Assembly (NCBI RefSeq): GCF_018350175.1
Contig: NC_058376.1
Coordinates: forward strand, 73,036,001-73,100,000
Source of the DNA: Felis catus
Taxonomy: Eukaryota
Direction of reading: 5' to 3'
DNA length: 64,000 nucleotides
Shown here: in pieces, positions 1 through 11,805 of the stretch
How positions within the stretch are numbered: the first letter of the stretch is position 1
Layout: each line of letters begins with the position of its first letter
The notes under the pieces: model-generated
What the model was told of the DNA's origin: nothing
What the model saw: the letters and a program-made list of their open reading frames with translations, nothing else
Databases searched by the model: none
Made by a program: the position numbers and the translations under genes

Positions 1-59
1 TAGAACAACTCATTAGCAGCCATCCCACTATTTAGTAGCAGAAAGGCAGGTTGTGCTTT

Positions 60-107
60 GGGCCACAGTGTACAGTTGTGCAGTTTGTACACTGCACGTG
101 AAGGCCC
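60..107. mobile_element. MER91-like hAT MITE fragment
   Basis: gggccacagtgtacagttgtgcagtttgtacactgcac resembles the recalled MER91 core. Confidence 0.55.
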
Positions 108-340
108 AGTAGACTGGTGAATGGGGACTGAAATCCAAGTTGTGTGTCCTTACTTAGAGATGGGACTTCCCAGAAGGGGCAGGACAAAAGTGCCCTGTAA
201 GCTACCAGAGGCCCCACGGGGCCCACGTTAGATCCAACAGGGCCAGACCCAAGGCTTAGGGAAGGATGAGAACAGGCTGAGGTTGTCCTGAACCCAGACG
301 CTGTTTTCTTTGTTGCACGCTATAGAAATTATATGCTTAG

Positions 341-403
341 GAGGCTGCCTGACAAACTGCAGATGAGTACCTTCAGGTCCCGGGAGAAAAGGGCTGTGTT
401 GGC
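341..403 (+). pseudogene. ACADVL-like pseudo-exon equivalent to exon 13
   Basis: ag at 339-340, then 63 nt reading EAA*QTADEYLQVPGEKGCVG vs [27 protein letters not shown] (21 aa each). TGA at 350-352 replaces Trp. No GT donor; MER20 starts ~7 nt later. Confidence 0.85.
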
Positions 404-409
404 ACTTCT

Positions 410-606
410 CAGTGGAAGAAGTGAAGGTTTTACCCCCAAGGGACATTTGGCAATGTCTAGAGAATTTTTGATTGTCATGATTGGGGGCTGCTACTGGTGG
501 TTAGAGGCCAGAGATGATGCTCAACACCCTACAATACCCAGGGCATTTTCCCACAATAGAGTTATCTGATCCAAAATGTCAATAGTGCCTCTAGTGAGAA
601 ACCCTG
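410..606 (+). mobile_element. MER20 (hAT-Charlie) DNA transposon
   Basis: cagtgg...gggacatttggcaatgtctagaga...ggctgctactgg...ccaaaatgtcaatagtgcc...gagaaaccctg matches the MER20 consensus layout end to end. Confidence 0.85.
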
Positions 607-1469
607 GGTTACATGACAGGGAGAGGGATGAGTTTCCTCCACTGGATGTGTGGAAATAATGTGGTTATTTTAATCTAATATTTAGGAAGAGCCATCTCTA
701 TACTTTAGAGTTTCCCTTGAAGTAAAGCTTCCTCCTCTACCCCAGCCCTACCCCACCCCACCCTCATGTCCTTCGCATCTGCCCCCCCTCTTGTCAGGGG
801 AAGACAAGATGCTCAAAAGAAACTGCTGTATAAGATTGTGCGAGTGTCCATGTGCACGTGTCTTTGCATGTAGGAGAAACAGAAACAGACTGAGAAACAG
901 AAAAAAAGCACCCGGAGATGGCGAGAGAGATGTGCAGAGAAAATTAGCTAGTAAGGGAGTCAGGGAAAAGGGTAGATGGAAAGAGAGAGAGAAAAAAAAC
1001 ACAGAGGGGTGACACCTAACTAAATTTTTTTTTTCAACAAACACCATGGAAATTCAGTGATAACAAGTGAAGGTCCCTGTGTTCTCCAAGCCCACAATCT
1101 CCAAGAGACAGAGGCCAGCAGCTGTAATACCTGTGGAAAGTGGAAAGCTCACCATAAAATCATAAAGCTGGAGGGAACACGGAGAAGAGGCTGACATTCT
1201 GCAGGGTGGGGGAGGTGCAGGGCAGAGGGAGGTGTGCAGAGTGGGGGGCGGTGACCATCCAGGTGAACGGGGAGGAGGAGCATTTTGTCAGGTGAACAGA
1301 AGAAGTGAGGATTCTTGGGAGGTGGGTTTGGGGAACAGTAGAGGATTGGGAGGTGAGGACGGAGCAGCTGTGACTCCCCCATAGTCCCCCAGAGCAGGGT
1401 TAGACCTTGATTCCATGCTTGAAGTCGTACACATGGAGGATGCCCAGAGTTTCTTGTGTAATATTTCCT

Positions 1470-1775
1470 CACCTCTTTCAACTGTTACTCAAGTCTTACT
1501 TTATCAGTGAGGCCTACCCTGGACAATTTCAACCTACCTTCCTGGTATTCCCAGCCCCCTTATCTGTCTCTATCTATGGAACTCGTTATTTCATAACATA
1601 CTTTATAATTAATAATTTCGTGTTTGTATTCCTTGACTAGCATATAAGCTTTGTGAGAGCGGGGATTTCCTTTTGTTTACTCAAAAGAAATAGTGGCACT
1701 CTAGAATAGTGCCACATGAGTAGAAAGTGCTCAATAAATATTTGTTGAGTGAAAGAATGAATGAATGAACAAACA
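1470..1775 (+). mobile_element. L2 3' end fragment
   Basis: Typical L2 tail ...gtgctcaataaatatttgttgagtgaaagaatgaatgaatga. Confidence 0.7.
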
Positions 1776-1851
1776 AACATGGCATTGCGAGGCCTTCCCC
1801 CATCGGCCGGCCCCTTCCCAGAACTTTACGTTTCTGACAGCTGCTCCTCAG

Positions 1852-2438
1852 ATGTAGTCATTCTCTAACATTGCATAACAAATTACCACAAACTTGGGGG
1901 TTCAAAACAACACACGTGTCTTATCTCACAGTTTCTATGGGTCAGACGTCCAGGCACAGCTTACTGGGTGTTCTGTTTAGGATCTCACAAGGCTGCCAGC
2001 TAAGTGGCTCAAAGTGGCTTTCTGGGGAGGTGTGGGGGTGGGGGGCTGTTTACAAGCTCCCTCAGATTGCTAGCAGAGTTCAGGTCCTGTGGCTGTGTGA
2101 CCAAGGGCTTCGGTTTCTTGGTGGTTGTTGGCTGGAGGCTGCCCTCAGTGCCTGGAGCCCACCCGCCATTCCTTGCCATATGTGATTCCCCAACATGGCC
2201 ACTCGCTGCCTCAAAGCCAGCAGAAGAGATAGACACTCTAACAAGGTGGGCACTACAATTTTATGTAACGCAGTCATGTAATCACATACACGTAATCACC
2301 CATATCCTCTCTCCTTTGCCATTGATGAGCAGCAAGTCATGGGTCCCACCCATGCTCAGGAGGGGATCACACAAGGATGTGAACACCAGGGGTTGGGCTC
2401 ATGACCGTAGGGACCATTTTAAGAGAGAGTCCACCACA
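1852..2438 (-). mobile_element. MLT1-type (ERVL-MaLR) solo LTR
   Basis: cataacaaattaccacaaact...ttatctcacagtttctatgggtcag...ccaccaca, MaLR LTR in reverse orientation. Confidence 0.75.
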
Positions 2439-2941
2439 GGAGGTGACAGCTGGAGGTGAGGCTTCTCCTTTGAACACAGTCCCTTGGTTTGATACACAAC
2501 TCAACCTCTGTACCGTGTTAGAGTTCTTTATGTATGTGTCTGCCTCTCCCACAAGTTTGGGGGCAGGGACAGCTCTTGCTCTTGTCTTTAGAGTCCGTTT
2601 CTAACACAGAGCCTGGCACATAAGTCGTCAGTTTGGGATGAATGGGCAGAAGGATGGGTGGATGGATGGTGGATGGATTTATGATTGGAAAAATGGAAGG
2701 AAGGCAGAAAAGAAGGAAAATGTGGTAACAAAACAAGGGTAAAGGCAAACTACCTGGCTAGAAAGAACGTGGCCCTCACCTGAGAGAGGACCACTCGCTG
2801 TGAAGTAAGACGTGAGCACTAAGTTATGGATCTGCTCCCAGTCCCAGCCTTGTTCCTGGAGCTGCCCCTTGGAGTCTTTCTGTCAGGTGTGCCAAAAAGG
2901 CAGGCGGTTCCTCTCTCCCAGATCTTCTGTTTTCTCCTCAG

Positions 2942-3041
2942 GAAATAAGAGTGCAGAAAATCATGAGGGATGTCCAAATGTTCCAAGTATGAAGGCACCA
3001 ATGAAATCCTGCAGTTCTTTGTGACTTTGGCAGATCTGGAG
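2942..3041 (+). pseudogene. ACADVL-like pseudo-exon equivalent to exon 14 (catalytic Glu exon)
   Basis: Pyrimidine tract + cag acceptor (ag 2940-2941) and gtaatt donor (3042). 100 nt = 102 minus a 2-nt deletion near 2987; reads EIRVQKIMRDVQMFQ(v)YEGTNEILQFFVTLADLE vs [34 protein letters not shown]. Confidence 0.92.
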
Positions 3042-3721
3042 GTAATTTCCTAAGAAATAAGCGGAGGGAAGAAAGCATTCCTTTGTAATCCTCTCCAAGG
3101 CTCTTGGCAAAGGCTTTTGATAACCAAGTTCTTTGTGCAATAAACACCGAGTTTTGAGCGAAACTGTTTTGAGTTCTTGCTGCAGTGTGGGATAGTGAAT
3201 CCAGGCTGTTCCAGGCCTTGGCCTCTGAGGCCCAGATGGAAGCCAGGACACAGGCAGTCCGAGTGCTGGAGGTGGGATCTCAGGCTGCCCTTTCTACGTG
3301 GGAACCGTGGGAAGGCAACAGTTGGGCAGACTTCACTCATGAGGCTTAGTGTGTTTTCCACCCAGTAAGGCCTCATGGGCAGAAAGATTCTGACATTTTT
3401 TTTCTGGCTGCGTGTTTTAGACTGGGTGACCTTGGGTTAAACCTTTACATGTGCATCATTTTCCCCCCATTTTGCTTGAGTTTTTAGGATTTATTTTTCT
3501 CACTTGTTCCATGACAGGTAATCTACTTTATGTCAGATGAAGGCCATTAATAGTCAAGGTGGATGAATTGTGACAAGGTCACACTGGAGACCATGATATT
3601 TCTGTCTTTGTTAATTAGGGCCAGACTATAAGCCAGAGGAACTAGTGTTTTTAAAGGTGACAACTAGGCATTTGTATGGGTTCGTGTTTATAAAAACCTT
3701 TGTTTTTTTGTGAATCTGTAA

Positions 3722-3807
3722 AATGCTTGGTGCTTAGTCTCCTGGGGAGTAGACGAGGTGCAGAATCTCTGGATATTCTGACCATGAAGAGAACATCAGA
3801 TTCCAGG
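3722..3807 (+). pseudogene. ACADVL-like pseudo-exon equivalent to exon 15 (tentative)
   Basis: T-rich tract ending in AA instead of AG (3720-3721); strong gtaagt donor at 3808; 86 nt, phase 0 to 2 as in the 98-nt ACADVL exon 15. NAWCLVSWGVDEVQNLW is only weakly similar; two in-frame TGA. Confidence 0.5.
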
Positions 3808-4276
3808 GTAAGTTACTAACTTTCAAATAAAAATTTTGCTTTGGATTTCTCTTCCTGTATTTTCTTTATAACATACCAGCATGCCAGCACCAAGCTAAAG
3901 CAGCTTAAAGCAAACCCGGAGAAACCAATGAATAACAATGGGATTTTATTTACTGAGATTTCCCTGAGAGCAAAACAGTCAAGAAGAACTTGGAATTTCC
4001 AAAACACAGCATTCATCCTTGTTTTGAAAGCAATAGCTTCGTTTGATAAGAAGGAAGCTTTAATCTGCTCCTCACCACCTTGGCTCATCTCCTCACTTTT
4101 AGTTGGAGTTCTTCATCTAATCTGTAGAATTCCAAACTATGTTCCTCTGGATCCAAAACCAGTAGCTAGACCTGGAACCACCCTGAGAAACATTAGAAGA
4201 CCCACCAGTTCCCCACTGGGGCCCCTGTATCCTGAGTCCACACTTCAGGCCCCAACTTTTAAAAGCTGACTTTGCA

Positions 4277-4404
4277 GGATGCCTGGGTGGGTCAGTTCGT
4301 TAAGCATCCGACTTCTGATTTCGGCTAAGACATGATATCACAGTTCTTGGGTTTGAGCCCTGCATCAGGCTCTGTGCTGATGCTGATCGCAGAGCCTTCT
4401 TGGG

Positions 4405-4450
<46 letters not shown>

Positions 4451-4521
4451 CCCCCCTCCCCCACCTGTGCACGGGCTCACTCTCTCTCAAATAAATAAAT
4501 AAACATAAAAAAATTTTTTTT
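4277..4521 (+). mobile_element. Can-SINE with (CT)n and 16-bp TSD
   Basis: tRNA-like head, CT tract, A-rich tail; TSD aaaagctgactttgca (4261-4276) / aaaagctgattttgca (4522-4537). Confidence 0.93.
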
Positions 4522-4789
4522 AAAAGCTGATTTTGCACAGGTGGAAAGCTTTTGCCTAAAAGCATCAATAACTATCGGTTCTCTCGCTTGGCACGCAGCA
4601 CTTTGCATGGCACTATAAAGGAACGCAAAAGGAATATAGTCATAGTACTTACACTCTGGTGACAGACATGAATTATTCTAGGGTCACCAGAAACCCTTGG
4701 CCAGGGAACTGACCTTGACTGGGAGCAGTTCCAACTCAGGTAGCACCTGTGCTCATAACCTCTCTGAGTGCTTCATCTTGGATTCCCAG

Positions 4790-4859
4790 GCAACATCAGA
4801 GAAAATGCAGAGCCATCACCTGGCTCATTTACCCAGCATGGGCTCGTCTAGCAGGTTTT
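4790..4859 (+). pseudogene. ACADVL-like pseudo-exon equivalent to exon 16
   Basis: ttcccag acceptor (ends 4789), phase-2 start; ITWLIYPAWARLAGF aligns to LSGLVHPELSRSGEL; ~70 nt vs 73; donor degenerate (ctgtgt). Confidence 0.65.
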
Positions 4860-4964
4860 CTGTGTAGGGAATACATACCAGTTGTTTGTCCTGAGCACAA
4901 CCTGCATGTTCTCAGGGTCCATCTTTATCCCAACCCTTCACCTGACTCCTATCTTGAGTAAGGA

Positions 4965-5185
4965 TTTTTTTTTTTTTAATTTTCTTGACATGTATTTATT
5001 TTTGAGAGAGAGAGAGAGCAGGAGCAGGGGAGGAGCAGAGAGAGAGGGAGACACAGAATCCGAAGCAGGCTCCAGGCTCTGAGCTGTCAGCACAGAGCCC
5101 GATGTGGGGCTTGAACTCACGGAGCGTGAGATCGTGACCTGAGCTGAAGTCGGACGCTTAACCGACTGAGCCACCCAGGTGCCCC
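4965..5185 (-). mobile_element. Can-SINE (SINEC_Fc-like)
   Basis: Full-length reverse SINE flanked by TSD ttgagtaagg. Confidence 0.93.
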
Positions 5186-5833
5186 TTGAGTAAGGTTTTT
5201 GATGGCACAGCTTGGGCTCACTCTCAATAAATCATTCTTAATGGTGTCTGTTAGAATGAAAGACTTGCTTTCCATGGATTTCCCCCTTTCAACATCAGAA
5301 CAAAAGGAAAGAAAAAGATAAACTCAACATCTCCCAATCTCCCTCTGCATCTTTATGATCATCTCTTTCCTCTTGAACATGGGTCTCTCTGACTGCCAAC
5401 TTTCCATCTCTACTCCTATTTCCTCTTAAGAAATGTAACCTCTATGGAGTAGCTTCCAAATGCATGAAAACTTCTAACAAAAACTGCTTTCTTAACGTGT
5501 CAATATCCTTTTGACTTTCTAATATTTGAAGATGCATTTTGATACAAGACCTTTTCTGTCTATCTTATCCGGAATAGGTCCTACCCTCCTATCCACCCTG
5601 GCCCATTTTTCTCTATGTACACAACCCATTCATTCCCTCCCCGCCCCCCCGCCCCCAGTTTCATTTGTTTACTTGATTTTTTGTTCTGTTCCCCGACCCC
5701 CCGCCCCGACCCTGCCCTGTTGGGCTGTAAAGCTTCATGTGAGCAGAGACCATGTCTGTTCTGCTCTCCACTGTAACACTAGCACCTAGCAGAGCACCTG
5801 CCATTTAGGAGAATCTCATTAAAATCTTTGTTG

Positions 5834-5937
5834 GGGGTGCCTGGGTGGCTCAGTTGGTTGAACGCTGACTTCGGCTGTGCTGACAGCTCAGAGCCTGGAG
5901 CCTGCTTCGGAGTCTCCCTCTCTGCCCCTCCCCCACT
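5834..5937 (+). mobile_element. Can-SINE, internally deleted, running into a gap
   Basis: ggggtgcctgggtggctcag head; tgctgacagctcagagcctggagcctgc core. Confidence 0.8.
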
Positions 5938-6097
5938 NNNNNNNNNNNNNNNNNNNNNNNNNNNNNNNNNNNNNNNNNNNNNNNNNNNNNNNNNNNNNNN
6001 NNNNNNNNNNNNNNNNNNNNNNNNNNNNNNNNNNNNNNNNNNNNNNNNNNNNNNNNNNNNNNNNNNNNNNNNNNNNNNNNNNNNNNNNNNNNNNNNN
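5938..6097. other. Assembly gap (N run); others at 9688-9833, 26242-26381 and 44485-44676
   Basis: N characters in the sequence. Confidence 1.
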
Positions 6098-6099
6098 AT

Positions 6100-6520
6100 A
6101 CATCATGGTTTCCTTGGCTAATTAAAAGCGAATGGCAGGGTACAGCAGAGTTGAGGGTCAGCAAGACCAGATGTTTCAGAACCGGATCTTGGGAGAACAG
6201 AGCAGAGTGCAAAGGAGCTGGTAGGGCTGACGAGTCAAATAAATGTGCCTGTCATCCTGGAGGTAAATGTCCATAGCTGGCCCAGGAAACAGAGGAGCCG
6301 AGGGAAGATCCAGGGACGGTGGCACTCGCGTGCCTGATCATGGCTTCATGACAACGAGGCAGGCCACTAAATGACAAGGTGTGTGAACTACAAAATGGCT
6401 GCTGCTTCATGTTTAGCCTCCAAATCTAACGTGAGAATCCCTCTTGCGCCCTAGCCTAACCAAAAACATACAGGAAAGGAAAATGTGGTTCAGCCTACCC
6501 AAGTGGACACAATGCTGTCA
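6100..6520 (-). mobile_element. MLT2-like (ERVL) LTR fragment
   Basis: ctaaccaaaaacatacaggaaagg...gttcagcctacccaagtggacaca resembles a reverse MLT2 terminus. Confidence 0.55.
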
Positions 6521-7654
6521 CTACAGTCAGCACCTACTATTTATTGCGTGCATGAATGAATGCAATAAATTTAGCATTTATTGCATGCATAAATGAATGG
6601 ACAAACTCTCATGGCAGCAAGAGGCATTTGGCCACCTGCTCTCACCAGAATGAGAGCCCCATGATGGATGGGATTTTTGTGTTTCATTCATTGTTGTATT
6701 CCCAAACACCTAGAGTGGCACCTTGCCTGTGTACATGCTTAATAAAATTTGTGGAACGAATACTGAATGGATCTGGCCCAAAGTCAAAGGAACCTGTGTG
6801 GAGTCATTAGAAAACACAACCAAATGAAAACTTTTCTATGCTGCAGCATGTGGGAAATCATGAGGAGCCATTTTATACATTTAGCATAAAGGAGCATAAA
6901 ATGGAACAAAGGAAAAAGCGTATTTCCTTCTCTCACAATGTGTCCAAGGGGAGCAAAATATAGAAGCATTTCAGTGACAGCAGGGCAAATATCGTAAATA
7001 ATGAGTTAATTACAGAGAAGCCTGGCTACTGAAAGCCAAGCATCCTTGGGGGAAAAGAAGGGAGAGGAAGTTAGAAGCATTTTCTTCACAACCTTCCTCA
7101 CAGTCCATGTGGGGTGTGACACAGCAGAGTAAATCCTCCAGGGGCCTTGCCAGGCTGTGAAACACTGACAGGCACAGATACCCCCAGGAACAGTCCCATG
7201 CATTTAAAGCCAGGCTACACCCTGCGGTAGGTAGTTTGAAAGGCCAACCTCCCATGACTTGGTCCCGGGAGGGCTCAAGGTTAGCTAACTCAAATGTTCT
7301 CTATCAGAAGAATAGAGCTTCTCTATCAGAAGGCCTTGCATGAACTGATGTAACTGAGGCGTGTCTCTCACCTTTTGGTCTCCCTCCCCCTCCACAAGAT
7401 CTCAGTTTTGTGTTAAGACATGTCTGGCTCTCTACCTCTGCAACTCTGTCTATATGTCAGAAATAGTATTAACCGTGGTTCTCTCTGACCACTGGGATTA
7501 CTGCTTCTATATGCCTTTCTCCTTTGTGCTCTCCTGTGTTTTCCACATTTTTTGCATTAGATATGAATTACTTCTATAATCACACATACGAAAAACAGTT
7601 ACAAAAGTACTTTAAAGTATTACAACTAAGAGTGTAGGAAAATTTTTTTGTATC

Positions 7655-8072
7655 TTTTAAAAAATTTTTTTTTCAACATTTATTTATTTTTGAGAGACAG
7701 AGCGTGAGTGGGAGAAGGGCAGAGAGAGGGGAGACGCAGAACCCAAAGCAGGCTCCGGGCTCTGAGCTGTCAGCACAGAGCCTGACGCGGGGCTCGAACC
7801 CACAAACCGTGAGATCATGACCTGAGCTGAAGTCAGACACTCAACTGACTAGCCACCCAGGCGCCCTACTATTTTTTGTATTTTTAAAAACATTTTTTTT
7901 TCTTAAGTTTATTTATCTTTGAAGGGGGTGGGTTCAGAGAGAGAATCCCAAGCAGATTCCACACGGTCAGTGAAGAGCCCGATGCGGGGCTTGAGCTCAC
8001 GAACATGAGATCATGACCTGAGCTGAAATCAAAGAGTCGGACATTTAGCCAACTGAGCCACCCAGGCACCCC
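7655..8072 (-). mobile_element. Two tandem Can-SINEs (7655-7866 and 7881-8072)
   Basis: Two reverse SINE bodies ending in ccacccaggcgccc and ccacccaggcacccc. Confidence 0.92.
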
Positions 8073-9082
8073 ATGTTTTGTAAGTTTTTAAGATAAATAT
8101 TGGCAGCATCTTACATCTCGACAAGAGCAACTTAAATAGATGCTACTTCCAAGCTACAGTATCACGGGTGAGATACCTGTGGTATATCAACAACATGGTA
8201 CTTGCATGTGGAGGCATAGCACCCTGGGGAAGTTTATCATCAAGGGTTGTTGGTTTTCAACTTGAATTGGACTTCCTTTGATTTTTATACTTTATATAAA
8301 CCGAAAGACGATGTACTCTATTTGTCTGCAAAAATGCAATAAAAAATTAAAACAAAAGGAGTTACCTTTCCATTTATTACGTGTAGTATCTGCAGACTTG
8401 TTTGGCTAAGAATTAAAGAAAAGATGTCAAGACTGAGCCACCCAGGCACCCCGTCACTAAAATTCTAATGCTGGTTTTGATCTGACCAGTAGAGGTTTAC
8501 CATTGCAAAGGTGCCTTTCTCCTGGAGTCCAAGGGCCCAAGCTCTCAGCCACAATGCTTAAGCGTGTATCTGTGATAAACTCTTCCTCTCAAATAATCAG
8601 TCCTGCAATTCGGAAGAAGAATCAACTAGATGATTTGGATCCTGCAAATAAACTCACCTATGGAATCATGCAATGTTCCCATTCTCAATGAGTTATTTTG
8701 TTCTGGAGAGACGACTTTTATATTCACCGAATGTCCATTAGACTGAGTGCTAAACAAGCTCATGGGAGTAAGACCATGGGAATGACACAGAGATGAAATT
8801 CTTCTGGTCTCAAAACACTCTGTAAGAACAAGATGCACTTGGAGTCTGACTCCATCTCTCCTGTCTGGGGGTAGGTTACTACAGTTCATCAAGAAAACTG
8901 GAATTTGCAAAATCTCCAAATCCTTCCTTGGGGAATCTTTGCCTCTTGGCTTCCTTACAGAGCTCCTTTGTGCCCATAAGACAGGTTTAATAATCACACT
9001 CTGGATTGCACAACTATTATCACTCCCATCAGAATAATACAGGGCAGAAAAATAGAACCAGTGTTTTGCATTTCCTTTTCAG

Positions 9083-9145
9083 ATAAACAGTTTCATCTGA
9101 AGAGAAGAGCAGATGCCATTTGCCCATGACTATAGTCCTATCTTG
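9083..9145 (+). pseudogene. ACADVL-like pseudo-exon equivalent to exon 18
   Basis: tttccttttcag acceptor, phase-1 start; KQFHLKRRADAI..MTIVLS vs [23 protein letters not shown]; 63 nt = 73 minus 10 (frameshift); phase-2 end at a gt donor (9146). Confidence 0.85.
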
Positions 9146-9833
9146 GTGCTGGGGCTGAAGGGTCTGCAGCAAACAATTTTACAATAGAAGCATCTTCCTC
9201 TGCTGTTCCCTCCAAATGCCTTCCGTCCTCACACCTGTCTCTCTGGCTTTCCTCCTCCATGGTGACTGCATATAGAAGAGGAATAGGGTCCCAATGATTC
9301 TTGGTGCTTGCAAGGGGGGCAACAAGTTCTGGTGAGAGCCGATGGCTTAGAGGCTAGAAAGCAGCCAGGGGACTTCAAACATTTAAAAGATGCAAGCAGG
9401 TTAAGTAGGGATCCAGGGATTTTTAATGGTTCCCAAACTAATCTGATGCTCCGCTAACTTCACTTTCTGATTCCCCTAAACTGCCTGGGGTCCTGTCTTC
9501 TTCCCATGACCAAACCACAGTCATAGAATGTTAAAGTATCAAGAAAGAAAATGAAACGTTGATCTAGGCAGAAAAAGTGCCTTGCCAAGGTCAGCTGCAA
9601 GTTCATGACAAAGCTGGGTTTAGAACCCTCCTGACTTGATTCACAGACCTGTGCTCTTTCCAGAAGCCTAAGAAGAAGATTCTTTACNNNNNNNNNNNNN
9701 NNNNNNNNNNNNNNNNNNNNNNNNNNNNNNNNNNNNNNNNNNNNNNNNNNNNNNNNNNNNNNNNNNNNNNNNNNNNNNNNNNNNNNNNNNNNNNNNNNNN
9801 NNNNNNNNNNNNNNNNNNNNNNNNNNNNNNNNN

Positions 9834-10573
9834 ATCGCACTACTGGGGATTTACCCAAAGAATACAAAAACACTAATTCAAAGGGATACATAGACTTGTT
9901 TATTTATAGCAGCATTATTAGCCAAAATGGAAGCAGCCCAAGTACCCATCAATTCATGAATGGATAAAGAAGATGTGGTATATATACCAAATGGAATATT
10001 ATTCAGCCATAAAAAGAATGAAATATCACCATTTGCAATGACCTGGATGGAGTTAGAGAGTATGAAATAAGTCAGAGAAAGACAACTAGCATATGATTTC
10101 ACTCATATGTGTAATTTAAGAAACAAAAGAAGCAAAGGGAAAAAAAGAGAGAGAGAGGCAAACCAAGAAACAGACTCTTAATTATGGAGAACAAACTGAT
10201 GGTTACCAGAGGGGAAGGGGTGGAGGGATAGGACAGATAGGGATGGAGATTAAAAAGAGCACTTGTCATGCTGTAGGGTGATATAGGGAATTGTTGAATC
10301 ATGATATTATACACCTGAAACTAACATGACACTGTAGTTAATGAACTAGAATTAAAATTAAACTAAAGGGGCACCTGGGTGGCTCAGTCACAATCTCACA
10401 GTTTGTGAGTTCGAGCCCCACGTCTGTGCTGTCAGCACAGAGCCTGGAGCCTGCTTCGGATTCTGTGTCTCCCTCTCTCTCTGTCCCTCCCCTGTTCGCA
10501 CTCTGTCTTGCTCTCTCTCAAAAAAAAAAAATAAATAAAAACATTAAAAAAATTAAACTGAAAAAAAAAAAAA
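9834..10573 (+). mobile_element. L1 3' end (9834-~10365) followed by a Can-SINE (10368-10573)
   Basis: L1 ORF2 end/3' UTR motifs (atggaatattattcagccataaaaaagaatgaaat, catttgcaatgacctggatggag); SINE head ggggcacctgggtggctcag. Confidence 0.88.
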
Positions 10574-11242
10574 GGATTCTGTAACTGAGCTGTTATGGAT
10601 ATTCTCACAGATTGAGTCCCTGGGTGTAAATAATAATGGCCTGTCAAGATATCAACACTGAAATAAGACAAACTAGAATAAACCTTAGTTGTGTATAGCA
10701 TCATTGAAAGGAGAGTCCAAACTCTCTCAAGCCCAAGAGTCTCGGGGGATCTGAGTAGGATCTAGTAACACAGTGGATATGTTCAGTCACGTGAATTCTC
10801 CCTTCCCTCTTCTGTCCACCCAGTGACCATCTGCAGTATGAATCATCCCTAACACCATTTAGCTCCAGGTGCCTGGGAGAAAGGAAGGGGCCTTGAAAAG
10901 CACACAAGTTAACCAGCTCTCTAGGTGCACATAAGACCACATACGTGAGAAACAGTTGCAGGCCCAAAGACAGCCTCCTGATACTCAAACCCATGCCTAC
11001 GCCCATAGATCCTGCTGAGGTCTAAGATTTGGCAGCGATCTGGTTATCTGGCTCACCAGAATGGGTAGCAGTTAAGCTTCATATTTCAAGCTGGAATGTT
11101 CACTATGCCACTTGAATTATTCTATTTGGCAGTCTACACTGCAGGACTCCTAATGTAGAACTGGAAAGTCCTCTCCACTTATCTGATTTTCAAGTCTAAA
11201 GTCCTGTGTGTGTCCCTCTGTTCCACAGGATGTCCTAATGTA

Positions 11243-11318
11243 GCCATTTATCTCCTGGACCAGAGATGTGCTTCCTCCCATCCCAACAAGGATGCTGTGG
11301 GAGGCCTGGTACAGTGAC
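11243..11318 (+). pseudogene. ACADVL-like pseudo-exon equivalent to exon 19
   Basis: AIYLLDQRCASSHPNK / MLWEAWYSD (one frameshift) vs [25 protein letters not shown]; ~76 nt as expected; donor appears mutated (ctaggc at 11319); 5' boundary uncertain. Confidence 0.7.
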
Positions 11319-11757
11319 CTAGGCTGGACTGACCTCGCCACCCCATCTGCTCACAGGGACAGTGCTTCCTTTGTACCATTGTTTGTGGGGTTTTTTTTTT
11401 TTTTTTTGGTGTTTTTTTTTTTTTGTTTTGTTTTGTTTTTTACTTTTCCTGCTCCTCAGTTTCAAACCCAGTCCCTCAGGGCCTCAGTTGAAGCCAGCCC
11501 TGCCCAAGTACATCCTCACTCCAGAACTTGTAATTATTCCCTAAGCAGGCCCTGACATCTTTTCAAATGTTCCTCCTGAAGTGGGAGGGTCCTGAGAAGT
11601 CCAGTCACTTCCTCTCGAATGGAGACGCTAGCCTCTGGAAAATTCCACAGCCCTGGGCCCTGGTTGGTGGGGAAAAGGGGGCAAGGGGTGAGTTGGGTTG
11701 GTGCCTGAGTCTTTAGGCCATCAGTCAGGTTCTTTTGAGGGAGTTAGGGTGAGTCTC

Positions 11758-11805
11758 CAGGAAGTGAAATTCTCAACGGGGAGTAGTTCCTATGACAACA
11801 GGAAG
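11758..11805. promoter_or_regulatory. Candidate RFX X-box flanked by ETS-like sites
   Basis: GTTCCTATGACAAC at 11786-11799 fits GTHNYYATRRNAAC; caggaagt at 11758 and caggaag at 11799. Motif match only. Confidence 0.35.

Noticed and set aside
1-50. LAAIPLFSS reading as the tail of an ACADVL exon-12 equivalent (EAAISKIFGS)
   Set aside because: Too short, at the window edge and without a donor; cannot be told from chance without upstream sequence.
8460-9262. Minus-strand Kozak ATG (caccATGG ~9260) and the 123-aa ORF 8626-8997 as a retrocopy
   Set aside because: No recognisable protein, early stop, no poly-A or TSD; part of the interval is better explained by the + strand exon-18 remnant.
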